NCBI GenBank assembly: GCA_040220235.1 | Contig: JAVJTO010000011.1 | Origin: Coleofasciculus sp. B1-GNL1-01 | GTDB taxonomy: Bacteria > Cyanobacteriota > Cyanobacteriia > Cyanobacteriales > Coleofasciculaceae | Length of the DNA: 64,000 nt | Reading direction: 5' to 3' (one strand) | Shown: positions 1 through 10,014 of the stretch, one piece after another | How the letters are laid out: every line of letters starts with the position of its first letter | Position numbering within the stretch: position 1 is the first letter of the stretch | The notes under the pieces: generated by a model | Seen by the model: only the letters and a program-made list of their open reading frames with translations | The model's database searches: none | Told to the model about the DNA's origin: nothing | Position numbers and translations under genes: made by a program

Positions 1-164
1 GGGTTGGAGTTTTGAGACAAGCTTTGTAGAAATGGAATAAATAGGCTAATCCCTAATCCTTCCGAGAGGGACGACAAAATTCCTAGGGTAACAATTGCCG
101 GAATTGCCCAGGGATAAATTTTTAGCAGTAGGAGTAGCCTTTTAATGAGTTTTTCCTCTTCAAT
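1..164 (-). CDS. Partial ORF running off the left edge; probable N-terminus of an ABC transporter permease/ATP-binding protein (polysaccharide-export type)
   Basis: Own translation of the minus strand gives IEEEKLIKRLLLLLKIYPWAIPAIVTLGILSSLSEGLGISLFIPFLQ, a hydrophobic segment with an SEGLGIxLxIP motif like ABC exporter TM1. It lies downstream of a GT2 gene. Start codon not identified. Confidence 0.5.
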   Translation of the reverse strand, partial: MEEEKLIKRLLLLLKIYPWAIPAIVTLGILSSLSEGLGISLFIPFLQSLSQNSN

Positions 165-184
165 CGTTGTTTTTTAGACGTCAG

Positions 185-287
185 TAAGCTGTCATGCATT
201 TAAATTGGGTATTAGTAGCGAGCAAGATGCTCGCACTACAAGGCTTTCGCCGTTATTGATATTAAGGTTTAAATGCCGAACAGCTTA
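185..287. mobile_element. MITE family A, copy 1 (103 bp, TA-flanked, internal REP-like hairpin)
   Basis: Ends TAAGCTGTCATGCATTTAAA ... TTTAAATGCCGAACAGCTTA form an imperfect 20-bp inverted repeat. Closely similar copies at 26723-26825 and 44018-44145. Confidence 0.85.
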
Positions 288-337
288 GTAACGGTTAAGA
301 GTAAATGGACAACAGGTTTCTCCTTTCAATTTAAGAT

Positions 338-1489
338 TTAACGTTCAACCGTTCCGTACTTTAGCTTTATTTTTTTAGTCCGAGCCAGTTTAGGAATAAG
401 ATAGTGAAAGGCATCACCAACTAATAGTTTAAGATTGATCGCCATGTCCTGGCGTTTAATGTCATCAAGAGTCATTTTGTTTTTTATCTCTTTTGACTTG
501 AGCGATGGTTTTTTTGCAACCCCCACTCTCGCTCTCATAAGCTGAAGGACTAACCCTAAACTGCTTTGGAGAGCCAATAAATAAAACCCCAGCCGTAAGT
601 AGGGTGTGACGAAATCTGATTTTATGGCTTGCCATAGCCAAAATAGAGTTGTTTTATGGTCTTGAAAATAATGACTTTGATGGGCAAAGTAAATAGATAA
701 ACTGCTACTCGAAAATCCATAGAGAGCTGTAGGAATTTCGGGATGTCTTTGTCGTACAGCTTGCATCACTAAATGGTGTGACTTTGCCATTTGAGTAGAA
801 TCACGGGACATACTGTTGGTAATTTTACGATAACCAATAAGAAAGTCTGGGACAACGCGAAATTGACAAACTTCAGCAACCCTCAGATAAAGATCCCAAT
901 CTTCACATCCCTGGGCAGCCTGTTCTTTCAACTGGCAGTTATACCCCCCAACTTGCTCGAAACAATCTCGACGAATCATGGAGGCGCTCGCATTGCCAAT
1001 AAAATTGTGACACACCAAGGTGATGTAAACCTCTCCCTCAATCTTGGCAGCACGAAAGATACCCGTGGGGACATCATCTTGATCAATATCCACAGACCAA
1101 GAATAGACTAATCCTACCGAGGGTTCAGATTCAAGAAAACATTGGACTTGCTTTTCAATATTTTCGGGATACCAAATATCATCAGCATCAATGGGAGCGA
1201 TGAATTCTCCCTGAGATTTTTCAATGCCTAAATTTCGGGCGGCGGCGACTCCAGCATTTTTCTGGTGTAAAACGATTACCCGTTTATCGTGTTGGGCAAT
1301 CGATTTAATAATTTCAGGAGTTCGGTCATGAGAACCATCATCGACGACTAAAACTTCCAGATTCTGATACGTCTGAGATAGTACAGAGTTTAGCGTCTTT
1401 TCAATAAAGGCTTCGGCGTTATAAGCTGGAATAATCACCGAAACTAAGGGTAAGGTAGAAGCGGCGCGATCGCTGTTCATGGTGATCAT
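338..1489 (-). CDS. Glycosyltransferase family 2
   Basis: VSVIIPAYN, VVDDGS, ARNLG, DADD and EDWDL motifs. Confidence 0.92.
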   Translation of the reverse strand: MITMNSDRAASTLPLVSVIIPAYNAEAFIEKTLNSVLSQTYQNLEVLVVDDGSHDRTPEIIKSIAQHDKRVIVLHQKNAGVAAARNLGIEKSQGEFIAPIDADDIWYPENIEKQVQCFLESEPSVGLVYSWSVDIDQDDVPTGIFRAAKIEGEVYITLVCHNFIGNASASMIRRDCFEQVGGYNCQLKEQAAQGCEDWDLYLRVAEVCQFRVVPDFLIGYRKITNSMSRDSTQMAKSHHLVMQAVRQRHPEIPTALYGFSSSSLSIYFAHQSHYFQDHKTTLFWLWQAIKSDFVTPYLRLGFYLLALQSSLGLVLQLMRARVGVAKKPSLKSKEIKNKMTLDDIKRQDMAINLKLLVGDAFHYLIPKLARTKKIKLKYGTVER

Positions 1490-1512
1490 GAATTTTTGGG
1501 TTGCTGCTGAAA

Positions 1513-2613
1513 CTATCGAGATGCCCCAGATGCACTAATGCAAGGCTGAACCAATTGTTTCTCTCGCCAACCGTGGCGGTGTTGATGCCAATGCCAAGCA
1601 TGGGTGATCATATCCTTGAGTTCTGGGTATTGAGGGTGCCAACCTAAAACCTGCTTGGCTTTTTCCCCACTACTGACTAAAATTGGGGGATCTCCTGAAC
1701 GGCGATCGCATTCGATCACGGGGATCGGTTGTTGAGTTACTGTCTCGACGGTTTCAATCACTTGTTTGACGGAGAAACCTTTGCCACTCCCCAGGTTAAA
1801 AATTTCGCTCTTATTTGTACTCAACAGGCGAATTAATCCCAGCAAGTGAGCCTGAGCGATATCAATAACATGAACATAGTCTCGAACACAAGTCCCATCG
1901 GGGGTAGGATAATTGGTGCCAAACACAGAAATGGAGTCTCGCCAACCGAGGGCGCTATACAACACGGAGGGAATCAGGTGGGGTTCTGGAGTATGATCTT
2001 CTCCCAAGCGTCCCGCCGGATCTGCCCCAGCGGCATTGAAGAAGCGAAAACAGATATACTTTAACCCATAAGCCGCGTCAAAATCAGCCAGCATTTTCTC
2101 TACCATCAATTTACTACTACCATAGGGATTGATGGGAGTTTGGGGTTGTTCTTCGGTAATCGGTAATGACTCTGGGATACCGTAAGTGGCACAAGTTGAT
2201 GAAAAGACTAACCGTTTCACCGAAGCCGCCACCATCGCCTCCAGCAGCGTCAAAGTTCCCGCCACGTTGTTACGGTAATACTTGGCTGGGTTGGCGAAGG
2301 ATTCCCCCACATAGGCAGAGGCGGCAAAGTGGATAACGGCGGTAATCGAGTGAGTGGCAAATACCCGATCCAGTAAGGCGCGATCGCTGATACTCCCCTC
2401 AATTAGGGGAACCTGCAAGACATTTTCCACGAAGTCTCGATGTCCGCAGGTTAGATTATCTAGAATAACAACTTGATAACCCGCCTGCTTTAAGGCTTGC
2501 ACGGTATGAGACCCAATATATCCGGCTCCCCCTGTAACTAGGAGGGTTGGTGTCCGTTGAGATGCAGTAGCCCACTGAGATGCAGTAGCCCACGTTTTAT
2601 TTTGTTGGTTCAC
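1513..2613 (-). CDS. galE: UDP-glucose 4-epimerase
   Basis: TGGAGYIGSH, FSSTCATYG, NPYGSSK (YxxxK) and DGTCVRDYVHV motifs. Confidence 0.9.
   Translation of the reverse strand: MNQQNKTWATASQWATASQRTPTLLVTGGAGYIGSHTVQALKQAGYQVVILDNLTCGHRDFVENVLQVPLIEGSISDRALLDRVFATHSITAVIHFAASAYVGESFANPAKYYRNNVAGTLTLLEAMVAASVKRLVFSSTCATYGIPESLPITEEQPQTPINPYGSSKLMVEKMLADFDAAYGLKYICFRFFNAAGADPAGRLGEDHTPEPHLIPSVLYSALGWRDSISVFGTNYPTPDGTCVRDYVHVIDIAQAHLLGLIRLLSTNKSEIFNLGSGKGFSVKQVIETVETVTQQPIPVIECDRRSGDPPILVSSGEKAKQVLGWHPQYPELKDMITHAWHWHQHRHGWREKQLVQPCISASGASR
2558..2593. repeat. Perfect 18-bp tandem duplication in the 5' end of galE (WATASQ x2)
   Basis: TGAGATGCAGTAGCCCAC occurs twice in tandem. Confidence 0.9.
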
Positions 2614-2681
2614 TGGGTTCTGGACTAGAAATCTTATCGCTTTATAGCATACATAGAGGCTGATTAATGTATTAGGGACAA

Positions 2682-2741
2682 CTTCATCAAATCTTCACAC
2701 TAATCCCCAAAATATGAGGTTCTGATGAAGAATTTATGAAG
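2682..2741. promoter_or_regulatory. RTGAAG boxes at 11-bp period between the divergent galE and AAA_35 genes
   Basis: ATGAGG (2714), ATGAAG (2725) and ATGAAG (2736) on the plus strand; CTTCAT-N5-CTTCAC (2682-2698) is the same pair in the opposite orientation. Confidence 0.5.
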
Positions 2742-2863
2742 TTAATTCATTAAATGTGATGCATAAGCGATTAGTTCTGGGAAATATAACAATCTAGGAT
2801 ACAATCCTGTCAGAGGGAAATCCCGTATTTTTACCTAAACCTCAGGTGCGTCCCATTATTGCC

Positions 2864-5302
2864 ATGGAAAACTCAGCCTACGAGTATCAAGTTGGGGGGT
2901 GTCTCCCTATTGATGCTCCTACCTACGTGGTTCGACAAGCTGACAATCAACTCTACGAAGCGCTGAAAGCTGGCGAGTTCTGTTATGTCCTCAACTCCCG
3001 CCAGATGGGGAAGTCTAGCTTGCGGGTTCGCACGATGCAGCGCCTGAAGCAGGTGGGGATTGCCTGCGCTGCGGTTGATCTGACCGCGATCGGATGCCAA
3101 AATATTACCCTAGAACAGTGGTACGCGGGTATTGTCTACACCTTGGCTGGCAGCTTTGATCTCATGGATGCCAGTGAACTAGAAACTTGGTGGTCTACGC
3201 GCAAACATCTCTCTATTGTACAACGGTTTGGCACATTTTTTGATGAGGTATTACTTCAATCAATCCCGCAAAACTTAGTCATCTTTTTCGATGAAATCGA
3301 TAACGTTCTCCGCTTAAAATTTCCGGTGGATGATTTTTTCGCTGCTATCAAATCATGCTACAATCAGCGAGCCACTAATCCTAACTATCAACGCCTCACC
3401 TTTGCTCTGCTTGGCGTCGCTACACCATCTGATCTGATTCAAGATAAATACTGCACCCCATTCAATATTGGTCAGGCAATTGAACTTTCGGGGTTTCAGC
3501 TCAAAGATATTCAACCCTTAGCCAAGGGATTTGCCGGAAACGTTAGTCATCCCGATGTAATTCTCCAAGAAATTTTAGCCTGGACAGGGGGTCAACCGTT
3601 TCTCACCCAAAAACTGTGTAAATTAGTCAGTCACTTTATTGAGAAACAAAGACATTCTCCTAAAACTAGGGAAACCTGGCAAGCTAATCCATTCAAAAAA
3701 ATTTTTCTGGGACTAAATGGTAAAGCTAAAGTCTCAGCTTGGATTGAACACCTGATTCAAACCCAAGTCATTGAAAATTGGGAAGCCTTTGATGAACCTG
3801 AACATCTAAGAACGATCCGCAATCGCTTGCTCAAATGTGGACAGCGTCATCCGGAAATTATTTATATCTACCAGCAAATTTTACAAGATGGACAAATTAC
3901 GGCGAATGACAGTCGTCCCCAAATGGAATTGCGGTTGACTGGATTAGTGGTCAAGCAGAATAGTCAACTACAAGTTTATAACCCGATTTACCAGTCTGTC
4001 TTTAGTGAACAGTGGGTGCAGCAGATTCTTCCTAGTCTACCTCAACCTGTTTTCGTCGCGAAACAAAATCACGAGGGAGAGCTTGACTTAGACACCCTAG
4101 CCGAACGTCTCTACAAACACTTAATGGACTGCTTACAACGGGAATCTCCGGAGCAAATGATTGAGCGTTTCCATCAGTTGTTTATCCATGGAATCGACTA
4201 TTCCGATCCAAAAATTCTAGATATACTTTACAGAATTACTGCCTCTAGACGAGCGGATCAAGAGTTTAAATATATCGTTTATCGCTGCTGTCACATTCTG
4301 GTGAACCGTTGGCAAATGACGCCTAAAGAAAATATGGCGATCAACAAGTTGCTGGATCTGTTCCAAATTAGCCACCAGCCCACCTCTAGCCGTTTGCGAC
4401 AACTCGTACAAACCTTTATCAATTCAGAAGAATATCGAGCCTTAGAACGTCTCAGGGTAGTGGTGGATGAGCCAAGATCTACAGAAAAGTCTTCTAAATG
4501 GGAACGGAAGAAATTAGCTGAGTTAATTGGGCGATATCCATTCTTATTTTCCTATTGTCTATTGAGTCAAGACTGTTCCGAGGAAGCTCAGCAAACCATC
4601 CAAAAACTGCAAGCGGAAAAACAGCAACAGTTGGAAGATGAATTGTGGCAGTATGCAACCTATCTAGTAAAGGGAAGCGTATCCCCTACTAGAATGAGGA
4701 AGCCGTTGGTAAAAAATCCTACCCTATTGGATGATGACGAATTGCATCTGGCACTGCGGCAGTTTGGCGGAAAAGCCAAGAATTCCTATGCCTACTGTGA
4801 GGCACAAAATTTTCTACACCGCACATTAAAAACGCCTTCGTATTCTCTGTTTAAAGACAATTTATATCAGTATATCATTGCATCAATTGATCCGAGCTAT
4901 GGACAACATTACTTTTATGGATTGTTAAATAAACACCTGGCTAATACGCTAACTGAATATAATCAGAATAAACTGGACAAATTCCTGATCAAGAAAACAT
5001 GCAGCCAGTTGTTTAATTTACTCATCGTCGAAAGTCCAGAAAAACCAGAACATTATTGGTTTGATGATTTAGTCGTTAATCTGGGTTCGCTACAAATGAC
5101 AGTTTTACTGCTTAAACTGGTTTTGTTGTCTCCATCCGAAATTCGCCCCGACCTGGAAAAACGCATGGCTATTTTATTCAATCACTACGAATCAAAACCG
5201 ATGGGAGATATCCCCTCTCTGGTTAAATCGATGGAAAATTTGAATGTTGCTTTTGTGGTTAATTTTGGATTCAGAGATTTTTCATTGCTTAATAAGTATT
5301 GA
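2864..5302 (+). CDS. AAA_35 (AAA-like) NTPase fused to a large cyanobacterial conserved helical domain
   Basis: [33 protein letters not shown] and [13 protein letters not shown] are typical of the cyanobacterial AAA_35 family. ATG 2864 preferred over GTG 2846. Confidence 0.8.
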   Translation: MENSAYEYQVGGCLPIDAPTYVVRQADNQLYEALKAGEFCYVLNSRQMGKSSLRVRTMQRLKQVGIACAAVDLTAIGCQNITLEQWYAGIVYTLAGSFDLMDASELETWWSTRKHLSIVQRFGTFFDEVLLQSIPQNLVIFFDEIDNVLRLKFPVDDFFAAIKSCYNQRATNPNYQRLTFALLGVATPSDLIQDKYCTPFNIGQAIELSGFQLKDIQPLAKGFAGNVSHPDVILQEILAWTGGQPFLTQKLCKLVSHFIEKQRHSPKTRETWQANPFKKIFLGLNGKAKVSAWIEHLIQTQVIENWEAFDEPEHLRTIRNRLLKCGQRHPEIIYIYQQILQDGQITANDSRPQMELRLTGLVVKQNSQLQVYNPIYQSVFSEQWVQQILPSLPQPVFVAKQNHEGELDLDTLAERLYKHLMDCLQRESPEQMIERFHQLFIHGIDYSDPKILDILYRITASRRADQEFKYIVYRCCHILVNRWQMTPKENMAINKLLDLFQISHQPTSSRLRQLVQTFINSEEYRALERLRVVVDEPRSTEKSSKWERKKLAELIGRYPFLFSYCLLSQDCSEEAQQTIQKLQAEKQQQLEDELWQYATYLVKGSVSPTRMRKPLVKNPTLLDDDELHLALRQFGGKAKNSYAYCEAQNFLHRTLKTPSYSLFKDNLYQYIIASIDPSYGQHYFYGLLNKHLANTLTEYNQNKLDKFLIKKTCSQLFNLLIVESPEKPEHYWFDDLVVNLGSLQMTVLLLKLVLLSPSEIRPDLEKRMAILFNHYESKPMGDIPSLVKSMENLNVAFVVNFGFRDFSLLNKY

Positions 5303-5345
5303 ATGTAAATTTACTGTTTTTTGACGAATGACGAATGACCAATCA

Positions 5346-6401
5346 CTATAACCGTCTACAGAGAATCCAACGTAACTCTAACGGTGGTCTTCCCTGGTTT
5401 AAGGGAAACACATTATACCCCAAACACCAATTAATAAACCAACTGGTGGGGGGCCACGCTATTTCTGGTAAATGTTCGCGTTCGTACTCTAACACAGATT
5501 CATCGGACACTAATTCTATCGGCAATCGTTCCATCGCTTTGGCTAATTCTTGGCGGGTAAACAGACAAGACCATTTGGCTTGGGAAAGTTGTTGGGTGAC
5601 GGGATCAGGTTCGTAGTCGTCAACTGTCAAAAACATACTAAAAAGTAACAGTCCTCCTGAACAAAGAACATCGCAAGCTTTGGCTAATAATAATCGTAGT
5701 TGTTCTTGATCACGAATATGAGATGCCACAACTTCAGCCAGAACCACTACTCGATAATACGCGGGTCGTAACCTAATTTCGCGACTGAAAATATCACCAA
5801 GAATTACCCTGACAGGTAAATTAGAGCCTTGGACAATTGCTTGTAATTGCTCAACAAATACTGGGGCTAATTCAACCGCATCAACAGGGTAGCCGAGTTT
5901 AGCTAAAGGGAGAGTATTACGACCCGCCGCCGCACCAATATCTAATACCGGAACGTGAGCGGGTTCTCCCAATTGTGCTGCAATTGCCATCAGTTTTGCA
6001 TCGGGATGTGACCCAAATAAAGGCGGTTCTCGTTCATTGACCCATTGTTGATAGGTATCTGCAACAGATGGACTCAATAGGGAAAAGTTAAACTTGAAGC
6101 GTTGTTCAGGTGGTGCAGTTAGGTCGTATTGAATGACCAATAGAGAACGGGGCGATTCTTCAAATCCTTCTTCAAGTTTGAGTGTCAGGTTGTGAGACAA
6201 GCGACTGGCGGCTTCTTCACCCAATGTCTGGTTAATGGTTTGCAGTAGCGCAGCTATCTGATGCAGGTAATAGTTTCGCAGCGCTGGTACGCAGGGGAGT
6301 TTCAGTTCTCCACGAGTCAAAAACTGACGTTGTAGCTGGTGGATATGTTCTTCTCGGATTCTAGGGGGTTGATGGTTGATGGTTGATTGTTCAGGATTCA
6401 T
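5346..6401 (-). CDS. Class I SAM-dependent methyltransferase
   Basis: VLDIGAAAGRN motif I, followed by VDAVEL. Confidence 0.75.
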   Translation of the reverse strand: MNPEQSTINHQPPRIREEHIHQLQRQFLTRGELKLPCVPALRNYYLHQIAALLQTINQTLGEEAASRLSHNLTLKLEEGFEESPRSLLVIQYDLTAPPEQRFKFNFSLLSPSVADTYQQWVNEREPPLFGSHPDAKLMAIAAQLGEPAHVPVLDIGAAAGRNTLPLAKLGYPVDAVELAPVFVEQLQAIVQGSNLPVRVILGDIFSREIRLRPAYYRVVVLAEVVASHIRDQEQLRLLLAKACDVLCSGGLLLFSMFLTVDDYEPDPVTQQLSQAKWSCLFTRQELAKAMERLPIELVSDESVLEYEREHLPEIAWPPTSWFINWCLGYNVFPLNQGRPPLELRWILCRRL

Positions 6402-6496
6402 CGTTTATTGTCAGTTGATTACAAAGGTTATTGCCCTGAAACGGGACGCGCGATCGCGTTACAATAGCAGCAGGTTAACCTGAGGCTGATTTTAGT

Positions 6497-6754
6497 ATGC
6501 CAATTACATTGCCACAGGAACTGGAACAGTTTATCAAAAATCAGGTTGCTAGCGGCAAGTATGCTTCTACTGATGAAGTCTTCTTGGCTGGTATTAAGCT
6601 GCTACAGGAACGAGAAAATCTTTATCAAGGACGATTTGAGGAATTACGTCGCGAGATTAGGGTTGGAGTGGAAGCGGCTGAACGAGGCGAATTGTTGGAT
6701 GCAGAAACAGTAATAATTGGTCTGCAAGAGAAATTGCAACAGCGTCGCGCTTAG
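6497..6754 (+). CDS. ParD-like ribbon-helix-helix antitoxin
   Basis: ITLPQELEQFIKNQVASGKYASTDEV...LRREIRVG pattern; a ParE remnant lies directly downstream. Confidence 0.85.
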   Translation: MPITLPQELEQFIKNQVASGKYASTDEVFLAGIKLLQERENLYQGRFEELRREIRVGVEAAERGELLDAETVIIGLQEKLQQRRA

Positions 6755-6762
6755 ATTAATTG

Positions 6763-6903
6763 ATGAGCAATGTTGGCTGAATTACACCAACAGCAAGCCG
6801 AGATATAGAGAGTATTATGGACTATCTCGCCCAGAGAGGAAGTATTGAAACGGCAGATCGTTTTCTTGAGAAGATCAACACGAAGTTCAAAATTCTGAAT
6901 TAG
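6763..6903 (+). pseudogene. ParE/RelE toxin remnant (nonsense codon at position 6, 3' truncated)
   Basis: Own translation: MSNVG*ITPTASRDIESIMDYLAQRGSIETADRFLEKINTKFKILN*. This is a ParE-type N-terminus (AxxDIxxIxDY..A.RF). Confidence 0.8.
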
Positions 6904-7063
6904 TTCCTCCGAAGATGAACTATAATATTTCAGTAGTTTCACTCTCATTTAGTTGTCTTAACCGATCCATATTGACTGGATAATTTTCTGGGTTGCTTGT
7001 TGGGGATGCCTGAACCTGCAACCATGTTTTATAATAGAGAATAAAACTTACTGAAAAACAGGG

Positions 7064-8227
7064 ATGGACAAACTGAAGTTTATTGATTTATTTGCTGGAA
7101 TTGGTGGATTTAGAATTGCTTTTGAAAAAACGGGCTATGAATGCGTGTATTCTTGTGAAATTGATCCCAAGTGTCAGGAAGTATATTTTAATAATTTTTT
7201 AGATCAACCCGCAGGTGATATTAGAAAAATAGATGTTAATAGTATTTCTGACTTTGAGGTTTTAACGGCAGGGTTTCCTTGTCAGCCTTTTAGTATATGT
7301 GGCAAAAGAAAAGGTTTTCAGGATACACAAGGTACATTGTTTTTTCGCATTTGTGAAATAATCGCAGCCAAAAAACCTCCGGTTATTCTCCTGGAAAATG
7401 TAAAATATTTAATGCATCAAGATAAAGGTAGAACGCTCAATGTAATTTTGTATTCTTTAGAAGATTTGGGATATAAAGTCAATTATAGTCTGCTGAATTC
7501 TAAAGATTTTGGAGTCCCCCAAAACCGGGAAAGAATAATTATTGTTGCTACCAAAAACAAACGATTTAATTTTAATAAATTAAAAAAAATAAATTCTAGA
7601 GCAAAATTAAAAAATTTTCTATCCAATTCTGATTCTGAAGATTTTGAATATTTAGAGCCAGACAGCTATACCTTAATAGATCAACCCAAACAACAGCAAT
7701 CGGGATTAATTTTTGTAGGATATCGGAATAATAAGAGTATTTGGAAAAAAGGAGTTAGACCCAACACTCATCATTTATCTAGGGTTCACCATCAACCAAA
7801 TAGGATTTATTCAGTAGAAGGCATACATCCTACAATACCTTCTCAAGAAACCTCGGGGCGATTCTTTATTTATCTTCCTGAAGAAAATGCCGTTCGCAAA
7901 TTGACGATTAAAGAGTGTTATAGAATTATGGGATTTCCAGAGAATTTTAAACTCCACGGAAATTTAGGAGAATGTTACAAGCAAGTGGGAAACTCGGTCT
8001 GCATTCCGATGGTTTCTGAAATTGCTCAACAATTAAAAGAACAAATATTTCTTGGGCGTCAGGAAGAAGAAAATGGAAATGGTTTTATAGCTGAAAAGGA
8101 AGAAAAGTTTGTTCAATTGTTGATAGAATCAGATTCTGAGCTTCAAATTGATCATAAGATTAAGTGGAATAAAATATTATCTAAACATTTTGATATCTCT
8201 TACGGGGATCAGAAAATAGGCGACTGA
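7064..8227 (+). CDS. DNA (cytosine-5)-methyltransferase with no intact cognate endonuclease gene nearby
   Basis: Motifs I FAGIGG, IV GFPCQPFS, VI ENV, VIII QNRERI and X GNSV; AT-rich gene. Confidence 0.93.
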   Translation: MDKLKFIDLFAGIGGFRIAFEKTGYECVYSCEIDPKCQEVYFNNFLDQPAGDIRKIDVNSISDFEVLTAGFPCQPFSICGKRKGFQDTQGTLFFRICEIIAAKKPPVILLENVKYLMHQDKGRTLNVILYSLEDLGYKVNYSLLNSKDFGVPQNRERIIIVATKNKRFNFNKLKKINSRAKLKNFLSNSDSEDFEYLEPDSYTLIDQPKQQQSGLIFVGYRNNKSIWKKGVRPNTHHLSRVHHQPNRIYSVEGIHPTIPSQETSGRFFIYLPEENAVRKLTIKECYRIMGFPENFKLHGNLGECYKQVGNSVCIPMVSEIAQQLKEQIFLGRQEEENGNGFIAEKEEKFVQLLIESDSELQIDHKIKWNKILSKHFDISYGDQKIGD

Positions 8228-8247
8228 TATCATGGACACATGAGAAA

Positions 8248-8270
8248 GGGCGCAAGGCTTGCGCCCCTAC
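8248..8270. repeat. REP-like hairpin GGGCGCAAGGCTTGCGCCCCTAC
   Basis: Palindrome ending in CTAC; related copies at 33820, 33989, 39785 and 46249. Confidence 0.8.
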
Positions 8271-8334
8271 CGTCGAACCTGGAAAGATCGCATACACCGA
8301 TACAGAAACGCGATCGCACTTCAATTTCTATCAA

Positions 8335-8432
8335 TTAGGCTTTCCATCAAGCGACCTTTGGGTTCAGGAATCGGACGCCCTAACTCGTTGGCGGTTTCAA
8401 TCCACTCGGAGCATAATAACTTCTACATTTGA
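8335..8432 (-). pseudogene. HicB-type antitoxin C-terminal remnant
   Basis: Own translation with one frameshift gives SNVEVIML/EWIETANELGRPIPEPKGRLM, the characteristic short-HicB C-terminus. No start or N-terminus. Confidence 0.7.
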
Positions 8433-8495
8433 GCCACAAAGGCGATCACTCTGTGTATATTGGACTTAGGGCAAGAGCATTACAACAGAAAGTAT

Positions 8496-8717
8496 ATGTC
8501 TACTTATCATGAAGTACGTCGTCTAGCTGAAAACCTTACTCCTGATGAGCAAATGCGGCTGATAGAAGAATTGTTCAGCTTAATTCATCAACGAGTGACG
8601 TTAGCACCTAAGCCCAAACGTAGCATCTTGGAGTTGCGAGGGCTAGGTAAAGAAATTTGGAATGGCATGGATGCTCAAGACTATGTTAATCAGGAACGAG
8701 ACTCATGGAATGGATAG
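8496..8717 (+). CDS. Putative antitoxin of the adjacent PIN toxin
   Basis: 73 aa containing RSILELRGLGKEIW..DAQDYVNQERDSW; overlaps the start of the PIN gene. Confidence 0.75.
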   Translation: MSTYHEVRRLAENLTPDEQMRLIEELFSLIHQRVTLAPKPKRSILELRGLGKEIWNGMDAQDYVNQERDSWNG

Positions 8718-9149
8718 TGCAGTTACAGGGGCAAGTCGTTGGTTTGGATAGTGCGCCACTGATTTACTTTATAGAGGAAAATCCGACTTACTTGGAGATG
8801 ACTGACGCTTTTTTTGAGGCAATGGTGCGCGGTGAGTTTAGGGTTGTAACCGAGGGTGATAACTTTGTTAGAAGTGCTAGTTTATCCTCTACGGCGAGGG
8901 AACACAATACTGGCTCAACAATATCGTGACATCTTGTTTAATGAAGAAGGTTTGACGACTATCGAAGTGTCTGTAGCTATTGCTGAGGAAGCTTCACAAC
9001 TCCGGGCAGCTTACAATTTGAGAACGCCTGATGCAATTCAAATGGCTACAGCAATTCGTCAAGGTGCTTCGTTTTTTTTGACTAATGATGCGCGTTTACC
9101 TTCTTTACCAGGGTTGGCAGTTTTGGTGTTAGAGGAATTGAGAGCTTGA
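8705..9149 (+). pseudogene. vapC: VapC/PIN-domain toxin, frameshifted near 8851-8856
   Basis: Frame 1 has VGLDSAPLIY..VVT; frame 2 has VITLLEVL..LRTPDAIQ..FLTND. One extra base at ACC-GAGG-GTG separates them. Confidence 0.85.
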
Positions 9150-9155
9150 TTTTTA

Positions 9156-9920
9156 GTGGAGAGCGATCGCACTTCAGGAAAGACAGACGCGATCGCATAC
9201 ATCGACTCTTTAATATTTTTTTGGATAAAGTCAATGTTTGTTGATCATAAAAAACACCAACTGGTAAAAGCAATGGTAAATCCAATAGTATCTGAAAGTG
9301 TAAACATATACTGGAGTCACCCATATACATCTGCATGTACGCTAGGAAGTCCTTTCCCTGGAGCTGTCTATCGAAGTACGGGGAATCCAAATCTTAACTC
9401 CTTAATCTCCAATGAATATAGTCAGTTAGCGATTGTTTTTACAGTAAATCCAACTCTATTAATAATTGATGACTTCCAAGGTCCCAATGCCTTTGCCTAC
9501 TGGGGAGTAACTGATCCTGGATTCTATGGAACGATCTACTTAGGTATCAGGCTCCTGTACGATGAACTTTTTAGTATGGATAAGGGGGTTTTAGCGGTTG
9601 TGGGAATCATGGCACATGAGTTTGCTCATATTCTTCAGTGGAAATATCAATCACAGCTTATTGGAAAGCTTAGGGAATTGCACGCTGACTTCCTAGCGGG
9701 ATACTATCTAGGAGTCAAAAATTACATTCCCTATCGCGATCTTCGTGCTTTTGCAAGCAGCCTCTTTACCAAAGGTGACTACAATTTTTGGAATCTTGAT
9801 CATCATGGTACGCCCCAAGAGCGAGTTGCTGCGATGAATATAGGCTACAGTTTGGGACAATTGGGAAGCAAAATTAGTACAGCTTACCTGGAAGGCGACA
9901 AGATAATCCGTGGTTTTTAG
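9156..9920 (+). CDS. Zinc metallopeptidase (HEXXH, neutral zinc peptidase-like); true start probably downstream (ATG near 9234 or 9273)
   Basis: MAHEFAH, ELHADFLAG and HHGTPQER motifs. Confidence 0.75.
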   Translation: MESDRTSGKTDAIAYIDSLIFFWIKSMFVDHKKHQLVKAMVNPIVSESVNIYWSHPYTSACTLGSPFPGAVYRSTGNPNLNSLISNEYSQLAIVFTVNPTLLIIDDFQGPNAFAYWGVTDPGFYGTIYLGIRLLYDELFSMDKGVLAVVGIMAHEFAHILQWKYQSQLIGKLRELHADFLAGYYLGVKNYIPYRDLRAFASSLFTKGDYNFWNLDHHGTPQERVAAMNIGYSLGQLGSKISTAYLEGDKIIRGF

Positions 9921-10014
9921 TGCGATCACGGTGTAGGTTAGACAGAAGTAGTAAAGCTGGAAATGCTTTGGCTATATTGAACTTAGACTTAAGAATCCCA
10001 GGGAAAATTTCAAG

